A stretch of 64,000 nucleotides of DNA from Spirochaetia bacterium (GCA_963677925.2 CAXXYH010000001.1:133879-197878), one strand, 5' to 3'; positions 29,261 through 38,802 are shown, counted from the first letter of the stretch. Numbers and translations: made by a program. The notes: a model not told the origin generated them from the letters alone.

Positions 29261-31531
29261 ATGAGCTTGAATAAAAATGATAAAGATAAAGTCAGCCGGC
29301 AGCGTGGATTACGTTTTGAAGAAGCCCTTTTAATTGGTGAGAAAACCGGTGAAAGGATAGTTCCGACTTTCTGTGCGATGTGCGGTCCGTCCGCCGGATG
29401 CGGGATCTATGCATTTGTAAAAGACGGCATTTTTACAAGGGCGGCGGGAATGAAAGAGTCTCCGGTTAACCGCGGCGCTTTATGTCCAAAGGGCCAGGCA
29501 GCTCCACAATGGCTGTATTCATCCCAGCGGCTGAGAACTCCGCTTAAAAGGACAGGAAAAAAAGGTGAAGGACAGTTCACTGAAATTACATGGGATGAAG
29601 CCATTGGTATTATTGCCGAAAAGCTGACAGAACAGAAAATGCTCTACGGACCTGAATCTCTTGCTATTCTTTCACCTGCAAGACGATCTTACAGCGATTT
29701 TATACAGCGTTTTCTTATTGCCCACGGCAGCCCAAACTACGGTCACAGCGGTATCTGTGCAATGCAGAGAGCCTTTTCATATGCCTACACTATAGGAGCT
29801 TCTCCGGCCTGTGATTACAAAAATACTGAGCTGATTATTCTCTGGGGACGCCAGCCGATTTATTCAGGACCTGCAATGACCATCGCAAAAGATTTCATTG
29901 CTGCTAAACAGCGTGGAGCAAAGATAATAGCTGTTAAACCCTCAGTTGAACCTGATGTGGGAATGTCTGATATTTGGATGCCGCTCAGACCCGGTACAGA
30001 TGCTGCATTGGCTCTATCAATGCTCCATGTAATAATAAATGAAAAGCTCTATGATGAAGAGTTTGTACAGAACTGGTGCTACGGTTTCACTGAACTTAAA
30101 GAGCATGTCCGGAAATATCCTCCTTCCTGGGGAGAGCAGATAAGCGGAGTTCCAAAAGAGCAGATAATCGAAGTAGCAAGGCTGTACGCAGGTACCCCCA
30201 AAGCCCTGATTGATATGGGAAACGGTGTAGAACATATGCCTGCCGCCAATGATGCTGTACGGGCAGTTGCAATGATGATGGCTATAACCGGTCATCTTGA
30301 TCATGAAGGCAGCAATATTTTCGGCGGAGGTCCTAAGGGAGCAGTTAAGGGAATCCCGAGGCCTAAATCGGTTAATATGCCTGAACGCTACACCCCTGAA
30401 ATGGTATCAAAACTTGTGGGGCCTGAATTCCCGCCGGCATTCCAGCCGTTTCTTGAAGGCACATCATCTGCATACTACCGGATAATCGAGAGTGTCCTGA
30501 CAGAGAGACCGTATCCTGTACGTACAATAATTGCGCCGGGAACCCAGCCCACCCTAAGCACGCGCGGGACAAGACATGTAGTAAAAGCTTTGGAAAAGCT
30601 TGATTTCTATGTAGTAGTTGATGTGACACGTACAGCAGATATGGATTACGCAGATATAGTGCTTCCCACAGCCTCAATGTATGAGACTAATCATCCATTT
30701 GAAGCCAGAGGCAATTTGCTGATGGCAAGAAACCCCGTAGTTGAGCCTCTTGGTGATTATAAATCGACCTACGAATTCTTTCTTGATCTTGGCAAAGCTA
30801 TGGGTTACGGCGAAGATTTCTGGAATGGTGACATGGATGCATGCCAGAATTATATGCTTGAACCTTTTGGGATGAGAATAGATGAACTTAGAGGACTTCC
30901 TCTTGGTCGTCATTTTGAAATTCCGGATGTAAAACCGGTTTATGAGAAATATGCAAAAGTGTTTGCATCAAAAAGCACCCGCTTCGGAAATCCTCCCTAT
31001 CTGCCTCAGGGGAAAGTAGCCCTTTACAATACTACCTTTGAAAAAGAAGGATTCAGCCCGCTTCCTGAATGGCGTGAGCCGCCTGAAAGTATAACAGGAA
31101 CACCTGAACTTACTTTGAAGTATCCGCTTGTGCTATCTGATTATCATACGGCAAAGATGTTCACCGCCTCATGGCAGCGCAATGTTCCAATACTTAGAGA
31201 GATGCAGCCTGATCCTCTGCTTCATATTCATCCGGAAACCGCTGCTGAAAGACAAATTGAAAACGGCGAATGGGTAAAGGTTGAATCACCGCATGGATGG
31301 ATTAAAGTAAAGGCTGAGTACTATCCCGGAATCAGGCCGGATACGGTGATGATGCTTCACGGTTCATGGCAGGGCTGTCCCGAGCTTGGACTTGAGGAAA
31401 ATACAGTTCTTGACGGCGGGGCAAATGTAAACCTGCTCTACAGCGTAGATCCCCAAAAAGCATATGACCCTCTGATTACGGCAATGTCCAGTCAGACCCT
31501 GGTTGAGGTAAGCAGATATGAACAGAACTGA
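29261..31531 (+). CDS. Mo/W-bisPGD oxidoreductase catalytic subunit (DMSO reductase family, no Tat signal)
   Basis: N-terminal Fe-S motif CAMCGPSAGC..LCPKG; RPGTDAALAL; ADIVLP; C-terminal IHPETA..GEWVKVESPHG; candidate Cys ligand in SGICAMQR. Confidence 0.9.
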   Translation: MSLNKNDKDKVSRQRGLRFEEALLIGEKTGERIVPTFCAMCGPSAGCGIYAFVKDGIFTRAAGMKESPVNRGALCPKGQAAPQWLYSSQRLRTPLKRTGKKGEGQFTEITWDEAIGIIAEKLTEQKMLYGPESLAILSPARRSYSDFIQRFLIAHGSPNYGHSGICAMQRAFSYAYTIGASPACDYKNTELIILWGRQPIYSGPAMTIAKDFIAAKQRGAKIIAVKPSVEPDVGMSDIWMPLRPGTDAALALSMLHVIINEKLYDEEFVQNWCYGFTELKEHVRKYPPSWGEQISGVPKEQIIEVARLYAGTPKALIDMGNGVEHMPAANDAVRAVAMMMAITGHLDHEGSNIFGGGPKGAVKGIPRPKSVNMPERYTPEMVSKLVGPEFPPAFQPFLEGTSSAYYRIIESVLTERPYPVRTIIAPGTQPTLSTRGTRHVVKALEKLDFYVVVDVTRTADMDYADIVLPTASMYETNHPFEARGNLLMARNPVVEPLGDYKSTYEFFLDLGKAMGYGEDFWNGDMDACQNYMLEPFGMRIDELRGLPLGRHFEIPDVKPVYEKYAKVFASKSTRFGNPPYLPQGKVALYNTTFEKEGFSPLPEWREPPESITGTPELTLKYPLVLSDYHTAKMFTASWQRNVPILREMQPDPLLHIHPETAAERQIENGEWVKVESPHGWIKVKAEYYPGIRPDTVMMLHGSWQGCPELGLEENTVLDGGANVNLLYSVDPQKAYDPLITAMSSQTLVEVSRYEQN

Positions 31532-32012
31532 AAAAAGTTTTATATTTAACAGTGAGCTGTGTATTCAGTGCAATGCCTGTGAGACAGCCTGCAGAAACTG
31601 GAAAGCTGCAGAATCAGGACTCCAATACCGCACAGTAAAAAATATATGGCACGGAGTGTATCCTGAAGTAAAAAGTGAAACTGTCACATCATCCTGTATG
31701 CACTGCACCGAACCTGCATGTATACCGGTCTGTCCGACAGAAGCTCTGTACAAACGGGAATCAGATGGTCTTGTACTGCTTGAAAGTGAAAAATGCATTG
31801 GCTGCCGCGCCTGCCTGAAAGCCTGTAACTACAAGGCTCCTGTATTCAGGGGCAGAATGATGCATAAATGCGATATGTGTGCTAATGAGGATTTCCCCTC
31901 TCCCTGTGTTACAACCTGCCCGACAGGTGCATTGAGAATTGAATTGTTGATAATAGAAGAAAAAAAAGCCGAAGAAAAGAAAATCCTCAGCCTGATTAAT
32001 CTGACAGATTAG
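31518..32012 (+). CDS. 4Fe-4S dicluster electron-transfer subunit (DmsB-like)
   Basis: CIQCNACETAC, CMHCTEPACIPVCP, CIGCRACLKAC, KCDMC..PCVTTCPTGAL. Confidence 0.92.
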   Translation: MNRTEKSFIFNSELCIQCNACETACRNWKAAESGLQYRTVKNIWHGVYPEVKSETVTSSCMHCTEPACIPVCPTEALYKRESDGLVLLESEKCIGCRACLKACNYKAPVFRGRMMHKCDMCANEDFPSPCVTTCPTGALRIELLIIEEKKAEEKKILSLINLTD

Positions 32013-32023
32013 CCTCTGACTTA

Positions 32024-32470
32024 TTACTTTCGATATTTATCCATCTCTGCACCGACCATTGAATCACATTCTTCGTTAAGAGGATTTCCGGCATGGCCCT
32101 TGACCCATTTCCAGGTTACATTCAGGGAATCATCAAGTTCCTTAAGTCTTATCCAGTATTCCTTGTTTTTAACAGGCTGTTTTGATGCAGTTTTCCAGCC
32201 GTTTCGTACCCAGCCGTGAATCCATGTCGTAATACCGTTTTTAACATACTGTGAGTCGGTATGCAGTTCTATTGAATCACCCTTAAGCTCTTCAGTTGCA
32301 ATGCATTTTTCCAGTGCACTGATAACCGCTGTAAGTTCCATCTTGTTATTTGTTGTGTGCGGTTCACCGCCCGATGCCTTTATATTGCTGCTGCCGGCAT
32401 TGATAATATAAGCCCATCCTCCGGGCCCCGGATTGCCTGAACAGCCTCCGTCTGTATAAATCTCAATCAT
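32024..32470 (-). CDS. rnhA: Ribonuclease HI
   Basis: IYTDGGCSGNPGPGG, TTNNKMEL, TDSQYV, WVKGHAG..NEECD. Confidence 0.97.
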   Translation of the reverse strand: MIEIYTDGGCSGNPGPGGWAYIINAGSSNIKASGGEPHTTNNKMELTAVISALEKCIATEELKGDSIELHTDSQYVKNGITTWIHGWVRNGWKTASKQPVKNKEYWIRLKELDDSLNVTWKWVKGHAGNPLNEECDSMVGAEMDKYRK

Positions 32471-32533
32471 GCACCTAAAATAACCTGTGACGCGGCTTAT
32501 TACAATAGCTTTTTTATGTTCGGACTGAACTTA

Positions 32534-32562
32534 CTGACAAAAAGGCTGTTTGAGCATATAAT
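32534..32562 (+). promoter_or_regulatory. Putative sigma70 promoter for the AAA ATPase-galM unit
   Basis: CTGACA, 17-nt spacer, TATAAT; SD GGGAGG precedes ATG 32587. Confidence 0.6.
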
Positions 32563-32586
32563 ATTGATTGTACTCAGGGAGGGGAC

Positions 32587-34326
32587 ATGGCTGAACAGCT
32601 GATATTAAAAAATCTTGAATTCATTAAAATCCTGCCCGGATGGGCTCAGGAACTTTCATATAAATACTGCTCTGAAACGGCAAATTTGTATATAATTCAC
32701 GGAAACATTAGAGACTTTCTTCCCAACAAGATGTATGAGGGAGAGTTTGTTTTTGTGCGAATTCAGGAGTTTGTTTCTGAGGTTCTGTTCGGTAATCAGG
32801 ATATAATAGTCTTTTATGACAGGTCTTCAGGGGTTAATTTCTGTACAAAAGAAATGCAGGATGAATATCTGGCGGCCATGAAAAGCACCTTTCCCGATGT
32901 TCCCGAGCATGATCTGCTGTCATCCAGACCTTCCAAGGCCTTTGATTATCTTGAAAAATACTTTTTAATGAATGTTTCAAAAAAGCTCCGCATTGTACTG
33001 ATTATTGATTTTGCCGAGACCATTGTTCCAAATGCATCCATACCCGAGTTGTCAGATGAAGACCGGTACTGTCTTGTCACACTAAACCGCTGGGCACATG
33101 ACCCAATTTTTACCCAGGGTGATATTTCCATAATGCTTCTTTCAGAGAACCTATCCGATTTGAATGAAAGGCTTGTCCGCTCTCCAAATACTGTAAAATT
33201 GAGTGTTCCCTTTCCCGATATGAGTGTCCGCAAGGCTTTTTTAGAGTTTGCTAAGAACCGCGATTACCTGATGCTCGAAAGCAGGCTCAATCCGGAACGT
33301 GTAGCATCTCTGACAAGCGGACTGAATCTTATGAACCTGAATCAGATAGCTGCAGAGTCATATCAGGAAGATCGTACCATAACAAGTGAATATCTTAGAG
33401 ACCGGAAGAAAGAAATAATTGAAAATGAAGCAGCAGGCCTGTTGGAATTTATTAATACTGATTATGATCTCTCCATGGTAGCCGGTCACAGTTTTGTGAA
33501 GAAAAGGCTGCGCGATGCTGCAAAGGCAATAAAAAAAGGCCAGCTTGATGTACTTCCAATGGGTTACCTGATATCCGGGCCGGTGGGAACCGGGAAAACT
33601 TTTATAGTCACAGCCTTTGCCGGTGAAGTCGGCATCCCTGTAGTTAAATTTCGTCCCGGATGGACCAGCGCCGCTGATTCAAATTTTGACAAGGTTATGA
33701 ACATTCTGAAAGCAATGTCCCCTGTCGGAGTCCTTATCGATGAGGCTGATACTCTGCTTGGCCGGAAAAACCGTCTTGACCGTGTAGGCAGCGATACCAA
33801 TCTATTTACCAGGCTTGCCGACTTTATGGGTAATACATCCTACCGCGGCAAAATAATCTGGTTTATAGCTACCAATCGTCCGGATCTGATACCAATAGAT
33901 TTGAAGCGTCAGGGCCGGGCAGAAGAGCATCTTGCCCTGTTTTTTCCTGACTCATCGTCCGAAGTAGATGAGCTGTTTGAAATACTGCTTAAAAAACTGA
34001 AGCTCAAGACTACAGGCTTTTCAATTTCTGAAATACTAAAGAAAAACGGCATGAGTCTTTCAGGCGCCGATCTTGAATCAATACTTATAAGGGCAAAATT
34101 CAACGCCTCTCTGGATAACAGAGTGGTTATAAATAATACAGATATTGAAGCTACTGTAAGAGATTTTATTCCGCCTTCCTACCCGCATGAAATTGAACTT
34201 CAAAATCTCGTAGCTGTTCTTGAGTGCACAAGCAGGGATATGGTTCCATCAAGATTTGCAAAGATGGACAGAAACAGGCTTATCAGCGAAATAAGCCAGC
34301 TGAAATTACTTCTTGGAGAAAATTAA
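32587..34326 (+). CDS. AAA+ ATPase with a degenerate N-terminal AAA module (Ycf46/CDC48-like architecture)
   Basis: C-terminal module GPVGTGKT, VLIDEAD, ATNRPD..LKRQGR. The N-terminal module retains only LIIDFAE. Confidence 0.85.
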   Translation: MAEQLILKNLEFIKILPGWAQELSYKYCSETANLYIIHGNIRDFLPNKMYEGEFVFVRIQEFVSEVLFGNQDIIVFYDRSSGVNFCTKEMQDEYLAAMKSTFPDVPEHDLLSSRPSKAFDYLEKYFLMNVSKKLRIVLIIDFAETIVPNASIPELSDEDRYCLVTLNRWAHDPIFTQGDISIMLLSENLSDLNERLVRSPNTVKLSVPFPDMSVRKAFLEFAKNRDYLMLESRLNPERVASLTSGLNLMNLNQIAAESYQEDRTITSEYLRDRKKEIIENEAAGLLEFINTDYDLSMVAGHSFVKKRLRDAAKAIKKGQLDVLPMGYLISGPVGTGKTFIVTAFAGEVGIPVVKFRPGWTSAADSNFDKVMNILKAMSPVGVLIDEADTLLGRKNRLDRVGSDTNLFTRLADFMGNTSYRGKIIWFIATNRPDLIPIDLKRQGRAEEHLALFFPDSSSEVDELFEILLKKLKLKTTGFSISEILKKNGMSLSGADLESILIRAKFNASLDNRVVINNTDIEATVRDFIPPSYPHEIELQNLVAVLECTSRDMVPSRFAKMDRNRLISEISQLKLLLGEN

Positions 34327-34327
34327 T

Positions 34328-35362
34328 ATGAAGGTTGAAGGAAAGACTTACGGAAAAACAGCATCCGGGGAAAGGATTGACTCGGTAACTATTGAAAACA
34401 GTAATGGTGTAAGCATTACTGTGATAAGTCTGGGCTCTGCTCTTATTTCGGTTAAGACTCCTGACAGGGACGGTGTCAGTTCAGAAATAACACTCTGCAA
34501 ACCTTCACTCTCAGATTATGAACAGCCGCCTCGGTATTTCGGTGCTACCGTCGGACGTTTCTGCAACAGGATTGGCGGAGCTTCTTTCAGTCTTGACGGC
34601 AAAGAATATAGACTTCCGGCAAATGACGGTCCAAACTGCCTCCACGGAGGTCCCGGCGGCTTTGACCAGAAAGTCTGGGATATATTTCCTTTCAAGGAAG
34701 AAGGTAGAGCCGGCGTAAAATTCTTCTATAACAGTCCCGATGGTGAAGAAGGATTTCCTGGCAGCCTTGAAGTAAGCTCTGTTTACACCCTTACTGATAA
34801 AAATGAACTGATTATGGAATATGAGGCAGCCACAGATAAGGCCACTCCTGTAAATATGACTAACCACGTTTACTGGAACCTTTCCGGAGGAGCTGCGGAT
34901 ACAATTCTTGATCATAAACTGAAAATAAATTCATCAGAATACCTTCCGGTAGATGAAAAACTTATACCGACAGGGGTTATTAAACCGGTTGCTGACACTC
35001 CCTTCGATTTCAGAAACGAAAAAGTTGTGGGCTCTGAAATAAACGAAGCAGGTGGATATGATCACTGCTTCGTTTTAAAAGATGAATACGCCAGAGCTGA
35101 AAAGCCTTTTGCTGAATTGACGGAAAATGAATCAGGCAGGAAGCTTTCGTTTTATACAACACAGCCCGGAGTTCAGTTTTACACAGGCAATTTCGTGAAA
35201 GATTTTGTTAGTCCCGAAAAAACTTACCAGAAGCATGGGGGGCTCTGTCTGGAAACACAGGGTTATCCTGATGCACCTAATAAACCTGAGTTCCCTTCCT
35301 GTGTTCTTAAGCCGGGAGATAGATATTCGCAAAGGACGATTGTAGTATTCAGCATTACTTGA
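34328..35362 (+). CDS. galM: Aldose 1-epimerase (galactose mutarotase)
   Basis: YFGATVGRFCNRI, LHGG, NMTNHVYWNL, YDHCF, QFYTGN, CLETQ. Likely start ATG 34328. Confidence 0.95.
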   Translation: MKVEGKTYGKTASGERIDSVTIENSNGVSITVISLGSALISVKTPDRDGVSSEITLCKPSLSDYEQPPRYFGATVGRFCNRIGGASFSLDGKEYRLPANDGPNCLHGGPGGFDQKVWDIFPFKEEGRAGVKFFYNSPDGEEGFPGSLEVSSVYTLTDKNELIMEYEAATDKATPVNMTNHVYWNLSGGAADTILDHKLKINSSEYLPVDEKLIPTGVIKPVADTPFDFRNEKVVGSEINEAGGYDHCFVLKDEYARAEKPFAELTENESGRKLSFYTTQPGVQFYTGNFVKDFVSPEKTYQKHGGLCLETQGYPDAPNKPEFPSCVLKPGDRYSQRTIVVFSIT

Positions 35363-35386
35363 CAAAGCCTCTAGCCGGACTATAAT
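35359..35386 (+). promoter_or_regulatory. Consensus sigma70 promoter
   Basis: TTGACA (overlapping the galM TGA), 16-nt spacer, TATAAT. Confidence 0.75.
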
Positions 35387-35414
35387 GGACATTAACAGAC
35401 AGAGGTGAAGTTTT

Positions 35415-36131
35415 ATGGATAACTATACACTTTCAGGCAATCTGATGACATTATCAGAGGTGGCAACTTACCTAAAGGTAGCTGAAAAAACCATACTGCG
35501 AATGATTCAGAAAAATGAAATTCCCTGCGTTAAGATAGCCAGCCAGTGGCGCTTCGATCGTGGAATTATTGATTCATGGATACTTGATAAAATGAATCCT
35601 TCATCAAGTGATGAACTTACTAAACTGATTTCTGAAGATATGGATAATGTTCCCCTTTCAAGGCTTGTTTCTGAGCAGCTTGTTATACCAAAAATAAAGC
35701 CGGGAACAAGAGAAGAAATTCTGACACAATTATCACAGCCGCTGCTGAAAACAGGCTTCATCAAAGATCTTGATTCTTTTGTAGAAAAACTGATAGCAAG
35801 AGAAAATATGATGCCCACGACCCTTGGTCACGGTATTGCCATGCCTCATGTAAGAAACCCGAGGGAAAACATAAGCAGCAAACCGGCTATCGTGATAGGA
35901 ATATGCAGAGAAGGCACCTCCTTCGGTGAAGATGATGAAGAACCGGTAAAATTCTTTTTTCTGATATATACAAACAGTGAAATTGCGCATTTGCGGATAA
36001 TCGGGAAGCTCAATAATTTTTTGAAAAAATTTTGCAATTTTAACGACTTTTTAACATCAGAAAGCCCAGAAGATGTGCTTCGGGTATTGATAAAATATGA
36101 GAAAACTGATATTAATTTATCTGTAAAGTGA
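35415..36131 (+). CDS. Excisionase-type HTH fused to a PTS IIA(Ntr/Fru)-like domain
   Basis: MTLSEVATYLKV..IPCVKIASQWRF (HTH_17); RE..MPTTLGHGIAMPH with the phosphoacceptor His. Confidence 0.9.
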   Translation: MDNYTLSGNLMTLSEVATYLKVAEKTILRMIQKNEIPCVKIASQWRFDRGIIDSWILDKMNPSSSDELTKLISEDMDNVPLSRLVSEQLVIPKIKPGTREEILTQLSQPLLKTGFIKDLDSFVEKLIARENMMPTTLGHGIAMPHVRNPRENISSKPAIVIGICREGTSFGEDDEEPVKFFFLIYTNSEIAHLRIIGKLNNFLKKFCNFNDFLTSESPEDVLRVLIKYEKTDINLSVK

Positions 36132-36145
36132 CTTAGGTTATTTTA

Positions 36146-36259
36146 CAGCGTTTCTCCGGAAACGCTGCAGGTACAGGAACCTGCAGTTTTCTAAACACCT
36201 CCTTTTTTAATCAACCTCCTTTCCCGTCTGATTCGTTGAATCAGGCGGGTCTTTTTTTT
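36146..36259 (+). ncRNA. Candidate structured 3'UTR/sRNA with two anti-SD motifs
   Basis: Hairpin with a cUCCGg loop, a second hairpin, two ACCTCCTT motifs, then the terminator. Confidence 0.35.
36223..36259 (+). terminator. Intrinsic terminator
   Basis: CCCGTCTGATTC-gtt-GAATCAGGCGGG followed by a T8 tract. Confidence 0.85.
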
Positions 36260-36266
36260 ATCAACC

Positions 36267-36812
36267 TCATTTCCTGTTTTCTAAAAGCATTTCTGTATAG
36301 AAGCGTTTTTCAATGGCAGTTTCATCGATTCCGCTGTCCGAAAGTACTTTGTAAATATCGTTCCGTGCTGCTTCGATGGACGTCTCATCAGCACTGTTAA
36401 TTTCGACAAGTTTTTCAATTTCAATAAACCATCCAAGCCCGGTAACTTCGCAGAGTTCAACTGTAATAAGCTTATCCCCTGCACCGTATAGGTACTTGAA
36501 TCCGCTTTTTGTTTTTCTGATATAGCTTTCGGCCTCATTTAGCTGTAAAAAGCGTACAAAGGCTTCGTTGTCAGATACTGTAAACTCAATTTCATCATTT
36601 ACTTCGGTATTTCCGGATAAAGTTTTATTTTTCGCTGTTATTACGGTAATTCCGCCCTCGTCTCGCAAGCGTACGAGTTTGCCGCTGGATTTGAATTTGT
36701 AGTAGATGTCGTCTTTATAAATATGTTCAGGATCTCCGTAAAGCTCTTTAAGTCTGTCCCGGATTTTATCGGGATCACTGACATGAGCTTTTATTTCAAT
36801 CTCTTTTTTCAA
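36267..36812 (-). CDS. CYTH-domain protein (class IV adenylate cyclase/triphosphatase-like)
   Basis: EIEIKA, D.YY, VRLR, LGWFIEIE motifs. TTG start. Confidence 0.88.
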   Translation of the reverse strand: MKKEIEIKAHVSDPDKIRDRLKELYGDPEHIYKDDIYYKFKSSGKLVRLRDEGGITVITAKNKTLSGNTEVNDEIEFTVSDNEAFVRFLQLNEAESYIRKTKSGFKYLYGAGDKLITVELCEVTGLGWFIEIEKLVEINSADETSIEAARNDIYKVLSDSGIDETAIEKRFYTEMLLENRK

Positions 36813-36918
36813 TCCAATTCCTCAAATAAACTTTTTTTAGACTCAATGTGACGATAATGCAATTGAAAAGTGTTATAATTAATACCCTAAACACTATCAG
36901 GAGGAAAATAATAATAAT

Positions 36919-37938
36919 ATGAATTCAGTAAAAAAGAAAGCAATATTTTCAACGGCTTTAATCCTGGTTATAGCGGCAATAATATTTATCGCGACCGCAT
37001 GTGACATCTATTTTTACTACTATGATTATTCCGGTGTGGCAGTTAATGTAAAATCTGAGGGTGATTCAACAACTTACTGGAAAGACGGCGATTACACGCT
37101 TGCAGGAGCATCCGCAAAATTATTTGCATATAATTCAGATAATGGAACTTTTTCCAGTACTGCTGATTATACAGCGGAAGTAAGTTCATCAGGCAGTTTT
37201 ACATTCTCACAGATTCCAACAGGCAAATACCTTCTGACAGGTTCTGACAGCAGCAGTTACTGGACTTTTGTTCCAAGGTTTATTGAAATATCCGGTGACG
37301 GCGGAGCCCTTCCCGACCTTTTCGCCTACCCAGCCGCTGATGCAGGTGTATTTACAATAATAACAAGCTGGGAAAATGCGGCAATCGATGTTGATTCAAT
37401 TCTTACCTATGGTGAATCCGACGGCAGTACGACAGATGACTGGACCGATGCTTTAAAGAATCCGGCAACCGGGCATAGGACAAAAATATATTCAGGAGCC
37501 AGAGGTTCAACAGACGGAATCTATCTAGACAGGGATGTTTACAGTTCAACTTACGGTCCTGAAACGACATCTTCAACAATACCAAGGGTTGAAACTATTT
37601 CCATATACAGCGGCGTAACTAGCTGGCTTGATATTGCAGATGTAATGTATTTCTATGTTGATTCCTACTGGGATGATGAAGAAGATGAAATAAGCGGATA
37701 TGACACAGTTCCATACCAGTCTCTGACAGGTCTTACCGGCGAATACGCTTCTGCATTTGCTCAGGTGGATGTTATGTACGGGAATGAACACTATGGTACA
37801 TGGGTCCTTCCATGGAATTCAGCTGAAGATACATTACAGGTTTTAAGACTTGATTATAACGGAACAGACCTAATAGTTGCATCTGCAGGTAATGCCGATG
37901 ACGCATATGGTGGAATCAGATCTATATCCTGGGAGTAA
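36919..37938 (+). CDS. Acidic beta-rich lipoprotein of unknown function
   Basis: Lipobox ATAC; prealbumin-like G.FTFSQIPTGKYLL; SD aggagg; extended -10 TGTTATAAT at 36871-79. Confidence 0.7.
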   Translation: MNSVKKKAIFSTALILVIAAIIFIATACDIYFYYYDYSGVAVNVKSEGDSTTYWKDGDYTLAGASAKLFAYNSDNGTFSSTADYTAEVSSSGSFTFSQIPTGKYLLTGSDSSSYWTFVPRFIEISGDGGALPDLFAYPAADAGVFTIITSWENAAIDVDSILTYGESDGSTTDDWTDALKNPATGHRTKIYSGARGSTDGIYLDRDVYSSTYGPETTSSTIPRVETISIYSGVTSWLDIADVMYFYVDSYWDDEEDEISGYDTVPYQSLTGLTGEYASAFAQVDVMYGNEHYGTWVLPWNSAEDTLQVLRLDYNGTDLIVASAGNADDAYGGIRSISWE

Positions 37939-37944
37939 ATGTAA

Positions 37945-38754
37945 ATGATAAAAACTAAGAAAATTACAGCATTATTAATTGTGCTTCTTCTTATCTCTTC
38001 TGTGTCAGTATTTGCTCAGCGTGGAGGCAGTCTTGGCGGAAGTACAAGTACACAGAGTGCAACCTTCAGCCTTACAGTGAACTGTGACATAAGAACAGCA
38101 GCAGTATTGATAGTTCCTTTAAACGGTAACAGTCAGACAAGAGGAAAGGCTCCTTTCACTGTACAGCTTGCACCCGGGGTTTATCGGGTAACTGTCAGTT
38201 ATCCCGGTTTCAATGCTGAAACTAAGGAAATAAATCTCAATTCCAACTCTACCCTTAACTTCAACCTACAGCAGCAGAATGTAAACCTGACAGTTACAAG
38301 TAATGTCCAGAATGCCCGTGTTGTTATTCAGGGCAATGGTATAAACGGCCAGATTTCCGGAAACGCAAGTTTTACAGCCAATCTGACACCTGGAACGTAT
38401 ACTGTACGTGTGAATGCCCCGGGATACTCTCCTGTTCAGCAGACAGTTAATGTTAACAGCACAATGACTCTGAACGTTCCGCTTCAGCCGCAGACTGCAC
38501 GTGTAAATATAATCATTCCTAATTCAATGCTTGATTACACTACTTCAAACCCTGCGGGCAGAATCAAAATTTATGACAACGGAAGTGAGATAAACGGAAA
38601 CGTTCTTGAACTTCTTCCGGGCCAGCATACAATCAGGGTAACAAGCGGCGGGCTTGCTGTTCAGGAAACTATTACAGTACGGGCCGGCGAGGTATACAAT
38701 TTTGAACTTGATTTCGGTTTTAAAATTAACCGCGGTCAGGGAAATAACAGATAA
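37945..38754 (+). CDS. PEGA-domain exported protein
   Basis: Signal peptide (VFA|Q); three PEGA-like repeats (LAPGVYRVTVSYPGF, LTPGTYTVRVNAPGY, LLPGQHTIRV). Confidence 0.85.
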   Translation: MIKTKKITALLIVLLLISSVSVFAQRGGSLGGSTSTQSATFSLTVNCDIRTAAVLIVPLNGNSQTRGKAPFTVQLAPGVYRVTVSYPGFNAETKEINLNSNSTLNFNLQQQNVNLTVTSNVQNARVVIQGNGINGQISGNASFTANLTPGTYTVRVNAPGYSPVQQTVNVNSTMTLNVPLQPQTARVNIIIPNSMLDYTTSNPAGRIKIYDNGSEINGNVLELLPGQHTIRVTSGGLAVQETITVRAGEVYNFELDFGFKINRGQGNNR

Positions 38755-38778
38755 GAATAATTGTTATTATAAAGCTTT

Positions 38779-38802
38779 AGCCGTCCGAAAGGGCGGCTTT
38801 TT
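38779..38802 (+). terminator. Intrinsic terminator between convergent genes
   Basis: AGCCGTCC-GAAA-GGGCGGCT (GNRA loop) followed by a T-run. Confidence 0.8.

Noticed and set aside
29261-31531. Calling the enzyme acetylene hydratase or formate dehydrogenase
   Set aside because: It lacks the Asp next to the Fe-S Cys, lacks the FDH C/U-H ligand motif, and has no in-frame TGA.
32587-34326. AAA ATPase as a CBASS TRIP13 or contractile-injection-system ATPase
   Set aside because: No CD-NTase, HORMA, tube, sheath or baseplate genes flank it; its neighbours are rnhA and galM.
35415-35600. Excisionase as evidence of a prophage
   Set aside because: The HTH is fused to a PTS IIA domain, a known regulator architecture; no phage genes are present.
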